IMG/VR virus record: IMGVR_UViG_3300025803_000093 | Location: 1-24,831 of that record | Length of the DNA stretch: 24,831 nt | Origin: a virus | Lineage: Duplodnaviria; Caudoviricetes | Strand: one strand, 5' to 3' | Part shown: one piece after another, positions 13,148-23,039 of the stretch | Layout: every line of letters starts with the position of its first letter | How positions within the stretch are numbered: position 1 is the first letter of the stretch | The notes under the pieces: model-generated | What the model was told of the DNA's origin: nothing | The model's database searches: none | The model's input: the letters and a program-made list of their open reading frames with translations, nothing else | Position numbers and translations under genes: made by a program

Positions 13148-16100
13148 TAGAATAATGTCTTATAAGGATCTCTTATAAGCCCTTTTGTTTTATATTGTGT
13201 GTATCTAGGCCCTTGATAACGTGGGTGTCCTAGTTGACCCAACACAAAGTCTACAGCTGTATTAGATGCTTCATCTAATGACAGACCATCACTTTGCAAT
13301 TTTTCAGCAATATCTCTAGATGCTGATTGTAACCATATAGGTAGAAATCTCATACCTACATGACCTCCAATTTTTAAACCTTTTTCAATAGCTTCATCAT
13401 CTTTAGATGTAATGTTTGGACTCCATTTGGTAGTCAAGTATTGTTTATTAGTTAATACTTCTATTGTAGTTCTAGGTAAAGATCCTATTTTTTTAAGAGC
13501 TGTAGATTGTGGATCTGTGATCCAATGAAAAGGCTCCATTAATTGTTTAGAGAATGTAAGTACTTGTCCATCACCTAAATCAATTCTTGTAGGATCTGTG
13601 TTTTCTAATAATGAATGACCACTAAATGCGTAGTTTAAAGCACTACCAGCAGTAGCATAAATAAGAGCAGCTCTTGCAAAGTAGTATTGATACATTCTTC
13701 TTAATGCAGGATCTGATTCAAATGCTGGTAAAGACTTAGCTATAATTCTAACATTAGATATAGTCCAATCAGGTGCAAACATTAACAGTTGCATATAGCC
13801 TCTAGAGCCTGGAGCAAATGTTGTTTGCGTTAATCTTTTAAGAGTACTGTTTTGTATTCTATTAGCTAATATATCCCAGTTTTGTCCACCAAAAGCATCA
13901 TTAGTAAATTGAGATGCTTTAGTAGCTTTGGCATATATTTGAGCTACAGTATCACCAGCTTTAATTTGTAAAGCATTAGGTCTACCCATAAGAGTAGGTT
14001 TATCTAATACAGTAAGAAATGTATTTAATTTAGCAGCAGTAAATACTCTATCCCAAGTAATTCTATCAAACCATTTAAATACTTCTTCTACTTTACCATT
14101 AGTTGAAACACCAAAATGTCTTTTTAAAAAAGGATCTAATCCTCTCATGTTGTAGTAAAATCTATCAAAGCCTACATCTTCAGGTGTAGATATATTTAAA
14201 CCACTACCTTGTGCAAATCTAACAACATCATCATAACCTGTTTGTCTTAGTTGTTGAATTGCATGTTGAAAATCTTTTATATAAGCACCTGGATCTCTAA
14301 CCATATTTAAGATTTCAGGTTTAGCTCTAGGATCTACAATTTTTTTTATAAAGTTCCATTTAGATCCAGCAAATAATAAACTCTCTACTAATGCTCCAGC
14401 ATGAAAAAATGAAAAACCAACAGCTAATCTTTTCATCATTAGGTTGGTATTAAATATTGCACCCATAAGTGCACTTTCTTCAGTAGCATCAAAGACCATT
14501 CTTAATGATCTTTCCATACCTCTATGTATAAAAGGCATTTTACCTTCAGCTTCAAAATAAGGATGATTAAATTTTACATAATCTCTTGGATCAAATGATG
14601 GAGCTAAGTTAGGATTTCTAATTAATAAAGGAATATTACCTACTTTTTGTTTTTCTAAATGTGTAATTAGAGCTCTAGTAGATAGAGCTTTAGATGCAGC
14701 AAAACCATATATTCTAATAAGTTCTGCTGGATCATCCATACCTTGTCTTATAGTATACTTTTTAATCATTCCTTGATTAATATCTTGGAATACACCACGT
14801 CTACTAAATTGAAATTTACCAGAAGGCCCAGTAACTACTTTGTCGTAATCTCTTGTAAATTTAAATGGTTGATCTTTAGGATTGTATTCATTCCACATTA
14901 ATGGAAGATAATTAGATCTTTGATTAAAGAATAAACCTTTACCTTCTTTACCAAAGATATTAGCATATTCATCAAATATTTTTTTAATAGTTTTTGCAGC
15001 TTCTAGTTCAGCTTTGCTTAATTCACTACTAGCAATAGGTTTTAATTTAGGATCAAATTTAAATGTTTTTCTATCAACTGTAGCACCAGTAAGATAATAA
15101 AATATTTTACGTCTAGAATCTAAACCATCAGGTATAGCATCTTTAACTTTATTACTTAATGATTGTGCAGCTGAATTAATTTTAACTGTAATAAATCTAG
15201 ATGTATCTAAAGCTGATTCACCAGCTAATGCTGCATCATCATAGGCTTTAGGAGCTTTACGCAATTGACTAGCAAAAAATTTCCCTGCACCATATATAGA
15301 CGCACCGATTGCAAATCCTTTAGCAGTAGCTAATAACTTATCATCATCTGCTGTTAAGAATTGTGCAGTACCAAAAACTCCACCAATAGCACTAGCTTTT
15401 AAGACAGAATTTTTAATCATGTCTCTTGCAGTTTCTACTGGTGTTCGCATTACAGATGTAATATCTGCTGCCATAGCTTGAAACTTTTTAGGATCAGCTA
15501 TGATGTCTGATTCAGCTGCTATAATTTTTAATAAGTCATCTACAGATTTATAGCTACCACCTTCGGTAATTTTAATAGCTTCATCAGGATTAATTTTATA
15601 TTTATCAAATATTTTTTTAACACCTTCATCTATTTTGATTCTAGGTACTCTAGTAAGTCTTTGAGCTGCTGCTGACATTCCTGCAAATCCAACAGATAAC
15701 AAAGCACCTGCTGTTGCACCAAATGTAGTTTCTATTGTAGTTCTTTTAGGATCTAAAGAAGCATCTTCACCAAGTTGCCATGCTGCTGAAAATACAAATG
15801 GAGTACCAAGTGTAGCAACAGTACCAACTCTTAGGTCTGACATTACTTCAGCTTCTTTTTTTTTACGAGCTATTTTAGTTAATTGTAATGATTTAGAGTA
15901 TTTGAGACGCATAGCATTTACTACACCTCTACCTAACTTACCCCAACCTAATGGCATAAATAATAAATAAGGATCAGCTAACATCATGTTAACTAATTCA
16001 GCTCCAAATAACTTTGGATTAGCTTTCATCATATTGCCTACTTCTTTTAGGTCAATATCATTAGGCCCTTCTTCATCTAATAGATAACCAAATCTAGATA

Positions 16101-16377
16101 GCTTACGTTCTGCTTCTTGATATACTTTAGTATTAGCAAGATTAGGATTATTACGAACAAAAGCTAATGCTTCTTCTGCTTGTTTCTTTTTAGTGTTACC
16201 AGTAATCCATTGGTAAAAAGATGCAGGTAATGATTCTTCTCTTATAAGATCTATAGGGTTACGCAAAGACTCAAAGAATCCAGGTACTTTCGCCTGGACA
16301 GGATCATTAAGTCCATCAGGCACATTTTGTATTGGATCTCTTAGTCTTGGATCATTAAGAGGTATTCCATTAGCCAT
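13147..16377 (-). CDS. Large internal virion / DNA ejection protein (1076 aa)
   Basis: Size, helical content, Gly/Ala-rich hydrophobic stretches and position at the end of the ejection cluster; no enzyme motif recognised. Confidence 0.7.
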   Translation of the reverse strand: MANGIPLNDPRLRDPIQNVPDGLNDPVQAKVPGFFESLRNPIDLIREESLPASFYQWITGNTKKKQAEEALAFVRNNPNLANTKVYQEAERKLSRFGYLLDEEGPNDIDLKEVGNMMKANPKLFGAELVNMMLADPYLLFMPLGWGKLGRGVVNAMRLKYSKSLQLTKIARKKKEAEVMSDLRVGTVATLGTPFVFSAAWQLGEDASLDPKRTTIETTFGATAGALLSVGFAGMSAAAQRLTRVPRIKIDEGVKKIFDKYKINPDEAIKITEGGSYKSVDDLLKIIAAESDIIADPKKFQAMAADITSVMRTPVETARDMIKNSVLKASAIGGVFGTAQFLTADDDKLLATAKGFAIGASIYGAGKFFASQLRKAPKAYDDAALAGESALDTSRFITVKINSAAQSLSNKVKDAIPDGLDSRRKIFYYLTGATVDRKTFKFDPKLKPIASSELSKAELEAAKTIKKIFDEYANIFGKEGKGLFFNQRSNYLPLMWNEYNPKDQPFKFTRDYDKVVTGPSGKFQFSRRGVFQDINQGMIKKYTIRQGMDDPAELIRIYGFAASKALSTRALITHLEKQKVGNIPLLIRNPNLAPSFDPRDYVKFNHPYFEAEGKMPFIHRGMERSLRMVFDATEESALMGAIFNTNLMMKRLAVGFSFFHAGALVESLLFAGSKWNFIKKIVDPRAKPEILNMVRDPGAYIKDFQHAIQQLRQTGYDDVVRFAQGSGLNISTPEDVGFDRFYYNMRGLDPFLKRHFGVSTNGKVEEVFKWFDRITWDRVFTAAKLNTFLTVLDKPTLMGRPNALQIKAGDTVAQIYAKATKASQFTNDAFGGQNWDILANRIQNSTLKRLTQTTFAPGSRGYMQLLMFAPDWTISNVRIIAKSLPAFESDPALRRMYQYYFARAALIYATAGSALNYAFSGHSLLENTDPTRIDLGDGQVLTFSKQLMEPFHWITDPQSTALKKIGSLPRTTIEVLTNKQYLTTKWSPNITSKDDEAIEKGLKIGGHVGMRFLPIWLQSASRDIAEKLQSDGLSLDEASNTAVDFVLGQLGHPRYQGPRYTQYKTKGLIRDPYKTLF

Positions 16378-17309
16378 TATTTAAATTTTTTTCGTCTTAT
16401 TTCAGATTTAATAGGAAATTCAAAACCTTTTATTTTTTTAGTTTTAGTAATTACTTTTTCAAAACCAAAAGGTTCATCACCAGTTTCTATTTCTATGGTA
16501 GGTTTTTTAATTTTTAAACTTTTACCTGTCATAGCTTTTAGTTTTTTATAAGGTAATCCAACACTCATACCTTCATATGGATCTATATTTCCTCTAGGTT
16601 CAGAAGGAACTCCTTTTCTTTTTGCAAATCTCATGCTTGAAAGAGCTTCTGTACCTGGTGATAAAATATCACCTTTTCTGTTTATTATAGGAGATGTAAT
16701 ATCATCATCACCCATAAAAGTAGTTTTTCTTTTTTGTGAATATTTAATTTTAGATACTTTATATTTATCACTAGGTATGCCTAGTTTTTGAGCTACTTTT
16801 TCACTTTGTTTCATACCAGCTACTTTAGATAAACTAAATGCTTTAGATATTAATCTTTCTTGTTTTTGTTTAACTAATTTTCCAAATGATGTTCTTTTAA
16901 AAACATCTTTAGTAGGTGGTTTTTGAGGATTAAAATAATATGTTTTACTTGTTGCAGTTTTAGATGGAGTAAATACTGGAACAGTTTTTTTTTCAAATAA
17001 TCTAGCTTTACTTCCAAATTGTTTTTGTTTAGATTTAACTCTAGATGCAACAGCAGATTGAATCTTTTTAACTTTAGATTGGAATACTTTTATTTCTTTT
17101 TTTCTACCAGCTACATTAGCTAATTCGCCTTTCATTGAAATAATAGGAGGAGATCTATATAAACCTTTTTCCATATCTTTTCCAAAAGATCTTCTTAAAA
17201 CCATAGCTTCTCTACTAATGTCAGATTTAGAATAAGAACCTAAACTAGGAAATGATTTTTCAATTCTTTTTCTTGATAAAAGAGCTTTAGTAATTTTAGT
17301 AACTTTCAT
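16377..17309 (-). CDS. Highly basic Lys/Ser-rich protein (310 aa)
   Basis: Long ORF coupled on both sides, SD AAGGA; large excess of K/R. Confidence 0.75.
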   Translation of the reverse strand: MKVTKITKALLSRKRIEKSFPSLGSYSKSDISREAMVLRRSFGKDMEKGLYRSPPIISMKGELANVAGRKKEIKVFQSKVKKIQSAVASRVKSKQKQFGSKARLFEKKTVPVFTPSKTATSKTYYFNPQKPPTKDVFKRTSFGKLVKQKQERLISKAFSLSKVAGMKQSEKVAQKLGIPSDKYKVSKIKYSQKRKTTFMGDDDITSPIINRKGDILSPGTEALSSMRFAKRKGVPSEPRGNIDPYEGMSVGLPYKKLKAMTGKSLKIKKPTIEIETGDEPFGFEKVITKTKKIKGFEFPIKSEIRRKKFK

Positions 17310-17311
17310 AA

Positions 17312-18424
17312 TTATCCTTCAAAATATTCAGGGAATCTAGCTTTAAGTATTTTCTCAGCTCTTTGTCTAGATACCTTTTGTAATTGTGGGTTAGCAGCTA
17401 ATAACATAGCATATATTTGTGAGTCATCATTTGTAAGTACATTACCATCAGATTTAGGTATTACTATTTCTGGCCCTTTTTCTCCTACAACATAGGCTTT
17501 ACCAGCTTGTACTGGGCCACCTTTAGCTCTAGTAGGAACAGTAACATCTGATTCTAATGTAGCAGATGTAATAAAAGGTATTCCGCCTTTTTTCTTAAAC
17601 TTACCTTCTTTAACTAATTTTTCTATAATTTGTAATTTACGTCTAGTATCAAAAACTAAAGGCTTACCTGATTTATTAGCTTTTTGAAGTCTTTGCATTT
17701 CTTTTTGTAATTCAACTGCAATATCTTCTGCTGCTATATCAAACATAGCTGATACATTTTTGCCTTGTACTTTACCCATAATTCTTTCAATTACATTGGG
17801 TTTTTCAATATTCATTGTTTCTAATAATGATTTAACTTCAGCAATATCAGTAGATGTAGCTTGTATAGGAGCTTGTTTTTTAGACTCTAATATATTTTTA
17901 TATTGTTGAGATATAGCACCAGCTTTAAGAATATTATCTAAAGATCCTTGACCAATTGTTTTACCTTCAGCTCCAGCTTGCATAAATGCTAGTCCTAATG
18001 TAAATGCAGGATTAGCCATAAGTCCTTCAAAGCCACCTTTGTCTTTCCATTGAGCAGCTGCTTTATCAAAATCTACATTAGCCATATTAGCTAATTTTTG
18101 AAAGAAACCAATATCACCTTGTTGTGTACCTTGACCACCAGTAACTATAGGATCTGTTGGTTGTTTTATAACAGGTGGTGTAGCTAATTTTTGTGTATTT
18201 TGTGGAGACATCATAGCTTGTTGTTTAACATCTGGTTTAATACCAGTTTGTCTACTAACTAAATTACCTGTGTATCCTAAGTTTCTAGGATCTAATGGAG
18301 ATGATGATTTATTTTCTTCCTTTCTAAGAGGAACTCCATATTGTGATTGTTTAGCTATATCTTCAACAGTAGAACCATAGCCAGTTTCTTTTCTCCAATC
18401 ATTCCATATATCTAATAATCCCAT
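17312..18424 (-). CDS. Internal virion / ejection protein with tape-measure-like C-terminal motif
   Basis: NPAFTLGLAFMQAG segment; RAKGGPVQAGKAYVVGEKGPEIVIP motif. Confidence 0.65.
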   Translation of the reverse strand: MGLLDIWNDWRKETGYGSTVEDIAKQSQYGVPLRKEENKSSSPLDPRNLGYTGNLVSRQTGIKPDVKQQAMMSPQNTQKLATPPVIKQPTDPIVTGGQGTQQGDIGFFQKLANMANVDFDKAAAQWKDKGGFEGLMANPAFTLGLAFMQAGAEGKTIGQGSLDNILKAGAISQQYKNILESKKQAPIQATSTDIAEVKSLLETMNIEKPNVIERIMGKVQGKNVSAMFDIAAEDIAVELQKEMQRLQKANKSGKPLVFDTRRKLQIIEKLVKEGKFKKKGGIPFITSATLESDVTVPTRAKGGPVQAGKAYVVGEKGPEIVIPKSDGNVLTNDDSQIYAMLLAANPQLQKVSRQRAEKILKARFPEYFEG

Positions 18425-19398
18425 TATAATATTCCTTTATCTAAACTATTTGTTTTTAGCCAATCATAAAATGGACTTTCATTAACAGCTAAATATCTTA
18501 CAGCAGTTGGGTTGCCTAAGATTGATTGTTGTTTTGCTTTAGCATCAGCATAACCTTTACTAAAGAAAAATTCATTTCCACCACTACCTAAATTTTTATA
18601 CCAGTTAGCAGCAACAGAATCTGGTTTTTGTGTACCAGAAACTATATAAGGTGCATCTCCTGCTAAATCTCTCATTATATTACTATCTCTTTCAGCATCA
18701 GTAGTTAATAAAGATTCTTGAGTACTAATACCATAACCTAATGCAGCATTTCCTTTAACACCTCTTAAACCAGCTTCATTATAACCTTGAAAATTTTTGT
18801 TTTTAAAATACTCACCAATGTTTTTACCACTAGAATATAAAAATCTTAATACAGGTGATACTTTAATAGCTTCTGGTGCATTAGCCCAATGCTCAGAAAA
18901 TGTCATATCTGTTCTTTCAAGTTCACCAGTATTAGGATTTACTGTGTATCTTCCTTGAACATCTTGACCAGTTTCTGGATCTTTTTCAATAATTCCTGTG
19001 TTATACATTTGTTTTTTGGTCATGTATGTACCATTAACATTGGCTAACTTTTCGCCTTCGTCTGTATAACCTTTTTCTATTTCAGAATCAGAATAGTTTG
19101 TATCAGGTGCAGCAATACCTACAGTAGATGTATCAGCACCTAATCTAGCTTCTGCTAATTTAGGATCTACCTGACCTTCTCCATATCCGATTGTTGTAGT
19201 AACTATATTTCCTTGAGAGTCAGCATAATCAATTTCATTATTGCCTCTAATTTCATCATTACCTCTACTAAAAGAAGTATTTGAAACTCTAGTATCTGCT
19301 GCTGTGCTTATGCCTTTTTCTGTAGAGTATGCAGCTTCTGCTCCAGAAACTTGCATATCATTTCCTCCATCTGAAGATGATCCACCACCACCTGACAT
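18424..19398 (-). CDS. Probable internal virion protein (324 aa, acidic, low-complexity N-terminus)
   Basis: SD AGGAG; begins MSGGGGSSSDGG; position in the cluster. Confidence 0.6.
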   Translation of the reverse strand: MSGGGGSSSDGGNDMQVSGAEAAYSTEKGISTAADTRVSNTSFSRGNDEIRGNNEIDYADSQGNIVTTTIGYGEGQVDPKLAEARLGADTSTVGIAAPDTNYSDSEIEKGYTDEGEKLANVNGTYMTKKQMYNTGIIEKDPETGQDVQGRYTVNPNTGELERTDMTFSEHWANAPEAIKVSPVLRFLYSSGKNIGEYFKNKNFQGYNEAGLRGVKGNAALGYGISTQESLLTTDAERDSNIMRDLAGDAPYIVSGTQKPDSVAANWYKNLGSGGNEFFFSKGYADAKAKQQSILGNPTAVRYLAVNESPFYDWLKTNSLDKGIL

Positions 19399-19407
19399 TA
19401 TAAACTC

Positions 19408-19503
19408 CTATAAAATTATTAAAGCAATAATAACAATAACAGCTAATCCTAAAGCTACTTTGTGTTCTTTAATGTAATGTTGTAAATGTTCTTTATGTTT
19501 CAT
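19408..19503 (-). CDS. Micro membrane protein (31 aa, MKHKEHLQHYIKEHKVALGLAVIVIIALIIL)
   Basis: Translated by hand; TAATG overlap upstream; its TAG overlaps the next SD (TAGGAG). Confidence 0.75.
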   Translation of the reverse strand: MKHKEHLQHYIKEHKVALGLAVIVIIALIIL

Positions 19504-20237
19504 TATAATAATCCTCCTAATAAACCAAATCCAGCTCCTACAGCAGCTCCCATTGGGCCACCAATAGATCCTATTTGTGATCCTAGTGCAGCACCTGTTA
19601 AAGCACCACCTGCAGCCATAGTAATTGGATTAGCTTTTGGTTGAGTGATTGATGATTGTTGTGTTGGTAATCCATAAGCAATAGGTGCAGCAATATTATA
19701 ATATTGTTGCAATGCTTGATATGGAGCCATTTGTTGTTGTCTTTGTATATCTTCTAATGCTCCACCAACAGCAGTTAAACTAGGTACTTGTTGAGCTGTA
19801 GATAATTGTCTAGCTCTTTCTCTTTCAAGCTGACCAAATGCATAAGGTAATGCTTTTTCAGCTACTTGTCCAACTACTTGACTTTGCATCATTGGAGATC
19901 CAGGAGTTCTTCCTGCTCCACTAAATTGACCTGCAACACCAGAATAAATATCAGTAGCAGCTTGACTAATTAAAGGAGATAAAAAAGGATTAGTATACTG
20001 ACCCTGTATTGTATTTAGTATTTGTTGATTAGCAGCTTGAGCCATTTGCTCTTGTGCTGATAATCCTTGTAATGTTTGTTGACTTGGTGCTACATACCCA
20101 GCTCCAGTTGGCCCTTGACCATATATAGTTCCTGCTTCAGATAATATCTGATTTAATGCAGGTTCTGCTGGTGCGTAAGGTTGTGCTGTACTTACTGAAG
20201 TAGATGTTCCTCCACTTCCTCCACCTCCAAATGACAT
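19503..20237 (-). CDS. DNA transfer / pilot ejection protein (positional analogue of P22 gp7)
   Basis: MSFGGGG N-terminus, Q/A/G-rich body, C-terminal glycine zipper; follows the GNAT-like gene. Confidence 0.7.
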   Translation of the reverse strand: MSFGGGGSGGTSTSVSTAQPYAPAEPALNQILSEAGTIYGQGPTGAGYVAPSQQTLQGLSAQEQMAQAANQQILNTIQGQYTNPFLSPLISQAATDIYSGVAGQFSGAGRTPGSPMMQSQVVGQVAEKALPYAFGQLERERARQLSTAQQVPSLTAVGGALEDIQRQQQMAPYQALQQYYNIAAPIAYGLPTQQSSITQPKANPITMAAGGALTGAALGSQIGSIGGPMGAAVGAGFGLLGGLL

Positions 20238-20238
20238 A

Positions 20239-20673
20239 TTATTTATTCTCCTTATGTTTTTCTAATAATACATGACTTTCTTGATAACCAAATGGTTTTA
20301 ATATTTTTTTCCATCCAGGTCTTGCAACAAGCTCTAATAAATCACATTGGTTTTGCCAGGCAAAATCTTCAATGTTTTTTATTAAGTGCTGCCATTTTTC
20401 ACGATGCTTACCTGTCATGATTTTAATATTTAAGCAACGTTGTAATGGTCTTTGTATAATTTCTGTAATAACAATACCATATAGTCTATCAGGAATATCT
20501 TGTTCTTTATCCCAAAGAAACCATAACTGCATTTTACCTTCAGAAATCCATTTTTTAAAATGACTAGCATTTGCATAATTGTTAGATCTTGCCATAGCAT
20601 CTGCTATCATACCTTCACATTGTTTCCATACAATACTAGTATTTTCTTTAGGTATAAGTACCAATTCAATCAT
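20239..20673 (-). CDS. GNAT-like virion assembly protein (positional analogue of P22 gp14)
   Basis: IEDFAWQNQCDLLELVARPGWKKILKPFGY acetyltransferase-like C-terminus; position before the ejection genes. Confidence 0.65.
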   Translation of the reverse strand: MIELVLIPKENTSIVWKQCEGMIADAMARSNNYANASHFKKWISEGKMQLWFLWDKEQDIPDRLYGIVITEIIQRPLQRCLNIKIMTGKHREKWQHLIKNIEDFAWQNQCDLLELVARPGWKKILKPFGYQESHVLLEKHKENK

Positions 20674-21008
20674 GCACTTTTTTCGTCAAATATTTCTAAA
20701 TAACTAACAACTCCTGCTACAGCATTTGCAGTTGCAGCTTCTAATCTTAATATATCACCAGATTCTAATACTAATGTTCCTTCAATAAAATTGATAGAAT
20801 CTTTAGCATTTAATGTATGGTGAGCTATTTCATATTCTGTTGTAGCACTACTATCATAAACATATCCAATAGTATCAACATTAGAAGTAGTAGTATTAGT
20901 AGTTTGAATAGTTTTAACTATAGCTGTTCTATTAGCAGGTACTGTATAGACATCTGTTTTAGAAGTTGTTGTTAAATCAAAACCTGCATTTTTATATATG
21001 TTAGCCAT
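20670..21008 (-). CDS. Small beta-sandwich tail protein (fibre adaptor-like)
   Basis: MANIYKNA...VYTVPA...LVLESGDILRL pattern. Confidence 0.65.
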   Translation of the reverse strand: MANIYKNAGFDLTTTSKTDVYTVPANRTAIVKTIQTTNTTTSNVDTIGYVYDSSATTEYEIAHHTLNAKDSINFIEGTLVLESGDILRLEAATANAVAGVVSYLEIFDEKSA

Positions 21009-21355
21009 TAAGGTTTATCTGGATAATCTATATTATTAACTTGTTCAACAGTAGTTAATCCATTTGTTATATTTCTTAATTCTGTTCTAAATTGCATCCA
21101 AGCATTTCTTTGTTCAGATGTTAATGTATTATCTGGTAATTGAGTCCAGTCTGAATCTTGTAAATCTTTATTTCTTTTGGCTCTTAAATCTTCCATAGCC
21201 ATATCAAATTCTACTGCTGGGAATTGTGCTTGTATGTCAGCTTTAGAAATAGGTGTTGTTCCATTGTGCCAAGTTATTTCACAAGTATTAATATCTTCTC
21301 CTCTTACAGTAACAATTGCATTAGGATTTATTTTTAAAATTGCATCTATAATCAT
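21008..21355 (-). CDS. Tail fibre assembly chaperone
   Basis: LRAKRNKDLQDSDWTQLPD...WMQFRTELRNIT...YPDKP signature. Confidence 0.85.
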   Translation of the reverse strand: MIIDAILKINPNAIVTVRGEDINTCEITWHNGTTPISKADIQAQFPAVEFDMAMEDLRAKRNKDLQDSDWTQLPDNTLTSEQRNAWMQFRTELRNITNGLTTVEQVNNIDYPDKP

Positions 21356-21819
21356 GCTCCAACCTCTAATAATGTTATACTACTATACCTATGTCTAGCT
21401 TCACTTCCATTTTCTCTTTTATATTGAAGTTTAAAAGTTAATTCTGAACTAGAAGATGGAGAATCTAATACTGATATTCCATCAGCAGCAAGAACTTGAA
21501 CTCCAGAAGCTCCTTGATCGTAACCTCTAACTGCATAATTATCGTATAAAGAAGTGCTATCTCTTAAAATGTTTAAATAAACTCCTTGACCTTGTGATGA
21601 TCCAGCAATCTCAATTGTAAAAGTAACTAAAACTAAAACTTTGCTTGTAGCTGAAGTAGGAGTGATTGTTTTGCTTGTTACGTCAATATAAGAAGTTGAA
21701 GTTGTTGTTTGATAAACACTATTAACCTGTGTTGCAGCTTGCAAAACCTTACCACCTACACCAGCTGGTAATGATGTTACACTAGATAAAGAATTATTAT
21801 TTAAAGTTATGATTGCCAT
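21352..21819 (-). CDS. Short tail fibre / receptor-binding tip protein
   Basis: GGKVLQ...TITPTSATSKVLV...LDSPSS...SSITLLEV pattern; followed by a chaperone. Confidence 0.7.
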   Translation of the reverse strand: MAIITLNNNSLSSVTSLPAGVGGKVLQAATQVNSVYQTTTSTSYIDVTSKTITPTSATSKVLVLVTFTIEIAGSSQGQGVYLNILRDSTSLYDNYAVRGYDQGASGVQVLAADGISVLDSPSSSSELTFKLQYKRENGSEARHRYSSITLLEVGA

Positions 21820-21820
21820 A

Positions 21821-22123
21821 TTATACTCCTATCAAAGCCTTTACCTCAGCTTCAGTTAATCCTAAGTCTAAAAGTTTTTGTTTGCCAGATGCTTTTTTAG
21901 TTTCTGCATTTGTTTCAGCATCTTTTAATTCTTGTATCTTTGCATTTACTTCTGCTTCAGTTGGCATAGTAGCACCATCTTTTATTATTTTAATATGTTG
22001 GTATTGCATTCTTTCAGAGTTAGGAATTTTATTTCCATTATCATCTTCTTTTCTCCAACCATACCAATTAGGTGTATCAATATTAAATTTATGTAATGCT
22101 TCTTGAAAATAATCTCTATCCAT
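21821..22123 (-). CDS. Probable tail fibre chaperone (XkdW-like)
   Basis: MPTEAEVNAKI...KASGKQKLLDLGLTEAEVKAL; follows a fibre gene. Confidence 0.6.
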   Translation of the reverse strand: MDRDYFQEALHKFNIDTPNWYGWRKEDDNGNKIPNSERMQYQHIKIIKDGATMPTEAEVNAKIQELKDAETNAETKKASGKQKLLDLGLTEAEVKALIGV

Positions 22124-22124
22124 C

Positions 22125-23039
22125 TTATGTATCTCCTAACCTAATAAATGTAAAAAATGTTCTATTATCATTTGTACTTCCTCTGGTAGTAGCTGAAGTA
22201 AAAACATTAAATTTAACTTTATGATTAGATGTGTCTGTTATATCTAATAAAGTTTCTGTTTGACCTTGTATATAAGTTGTATTACTTTCTGATTGTTTTA
22301 TGTGCGTAATTGCTTCTGCTCTTGTAGTGTAAGTAGAATTGTCAGTAGTATTTAATATTTTAATATATGAGCTTCTTCTATCTCCATTTAAAAATTTAGT
22401 AGCATTAAATTTAACAAGCCAAATTCCAGTAGATGGAAAAGTAAATATTCCAGAACTTTCTGACATTGCTGTTCCTAAAGTTCCTTGTCCATTTCCATCA
22501 ACTTGTTCTAAATTTGAATCTAAATCTCCACTACCAGTAAAAGTATAATCAGAAGCTAATCTCCATTGGTCTGCTACTGTAATTCCACCACCTTTAATTA
22601 ATGAGTAATCAATTCTTTTAATTGTTCCAGCATCTGATACTAAAAATTCGTCTGTGTCTGCTGGTTCAGTAGCAAGTTCAGTAGCACCAGAAATAATATC
22701 ATTATTTAATTTTGCATTTGTAACTGCGTTAGCACCAATCTTAGCAGAGGTAACTGTGCCATCACTAGGTGCTGTAATTAATCCAATTCCATAATGTAAA
22801 ATAAAATCGCAAGTAGATGTTCCAGCAACTGCTGTTCCAAAATCTATTGTTGAACCAGATACAGTAAAGTTACCTGCTTGAACTACACCATCAATACTAA
22901 GTAATAATGTGTTCGCACTACTAGGTGTAAAATTTACACTATTCTTTTGTAATGTGTATGATGAACTACCATCAAAGGTAATGTTATCCAGTACCTCTAC
23001 ATTACTTATCTTATCTGTATCTCTACCTATATATGCCAT
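22125..23039 (-). CDS. Tail fibre protein
   Basis: MAYIG N-terminus, LLLSIDGVVQ, PSDGTVTSAKI repeat, C1q-like SGIFTFPSTGIWLV head. Confidence 0.8.
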   Translation of the reverse strand: MAYIGRDTDKISNVEVLDNITFDGSSSYTLQKNSVNFTPSSANTLLLSIDGVVQAGNFTVSGSTIDFGTAVAGTSTCDFILHYGIGLITAPSDGTVTSAKIGANAVTNAKLNNDIISGATELATEPADTDEFLVSDAGTIKRIDYSLIKGGGITVADQWRLASDYTFTGSGDLDSNLEQVDGNGQGTLGTAMSESSGIFTFPSTGIWLVKFNATKFLNGDRRSSYIKILNTTDNSTYTTRAEAITHIKQSESNTTYIQGQTETLLDITDTSNHKVKFNVFTSATTRGSTNDNRTFFTFIRLGDT

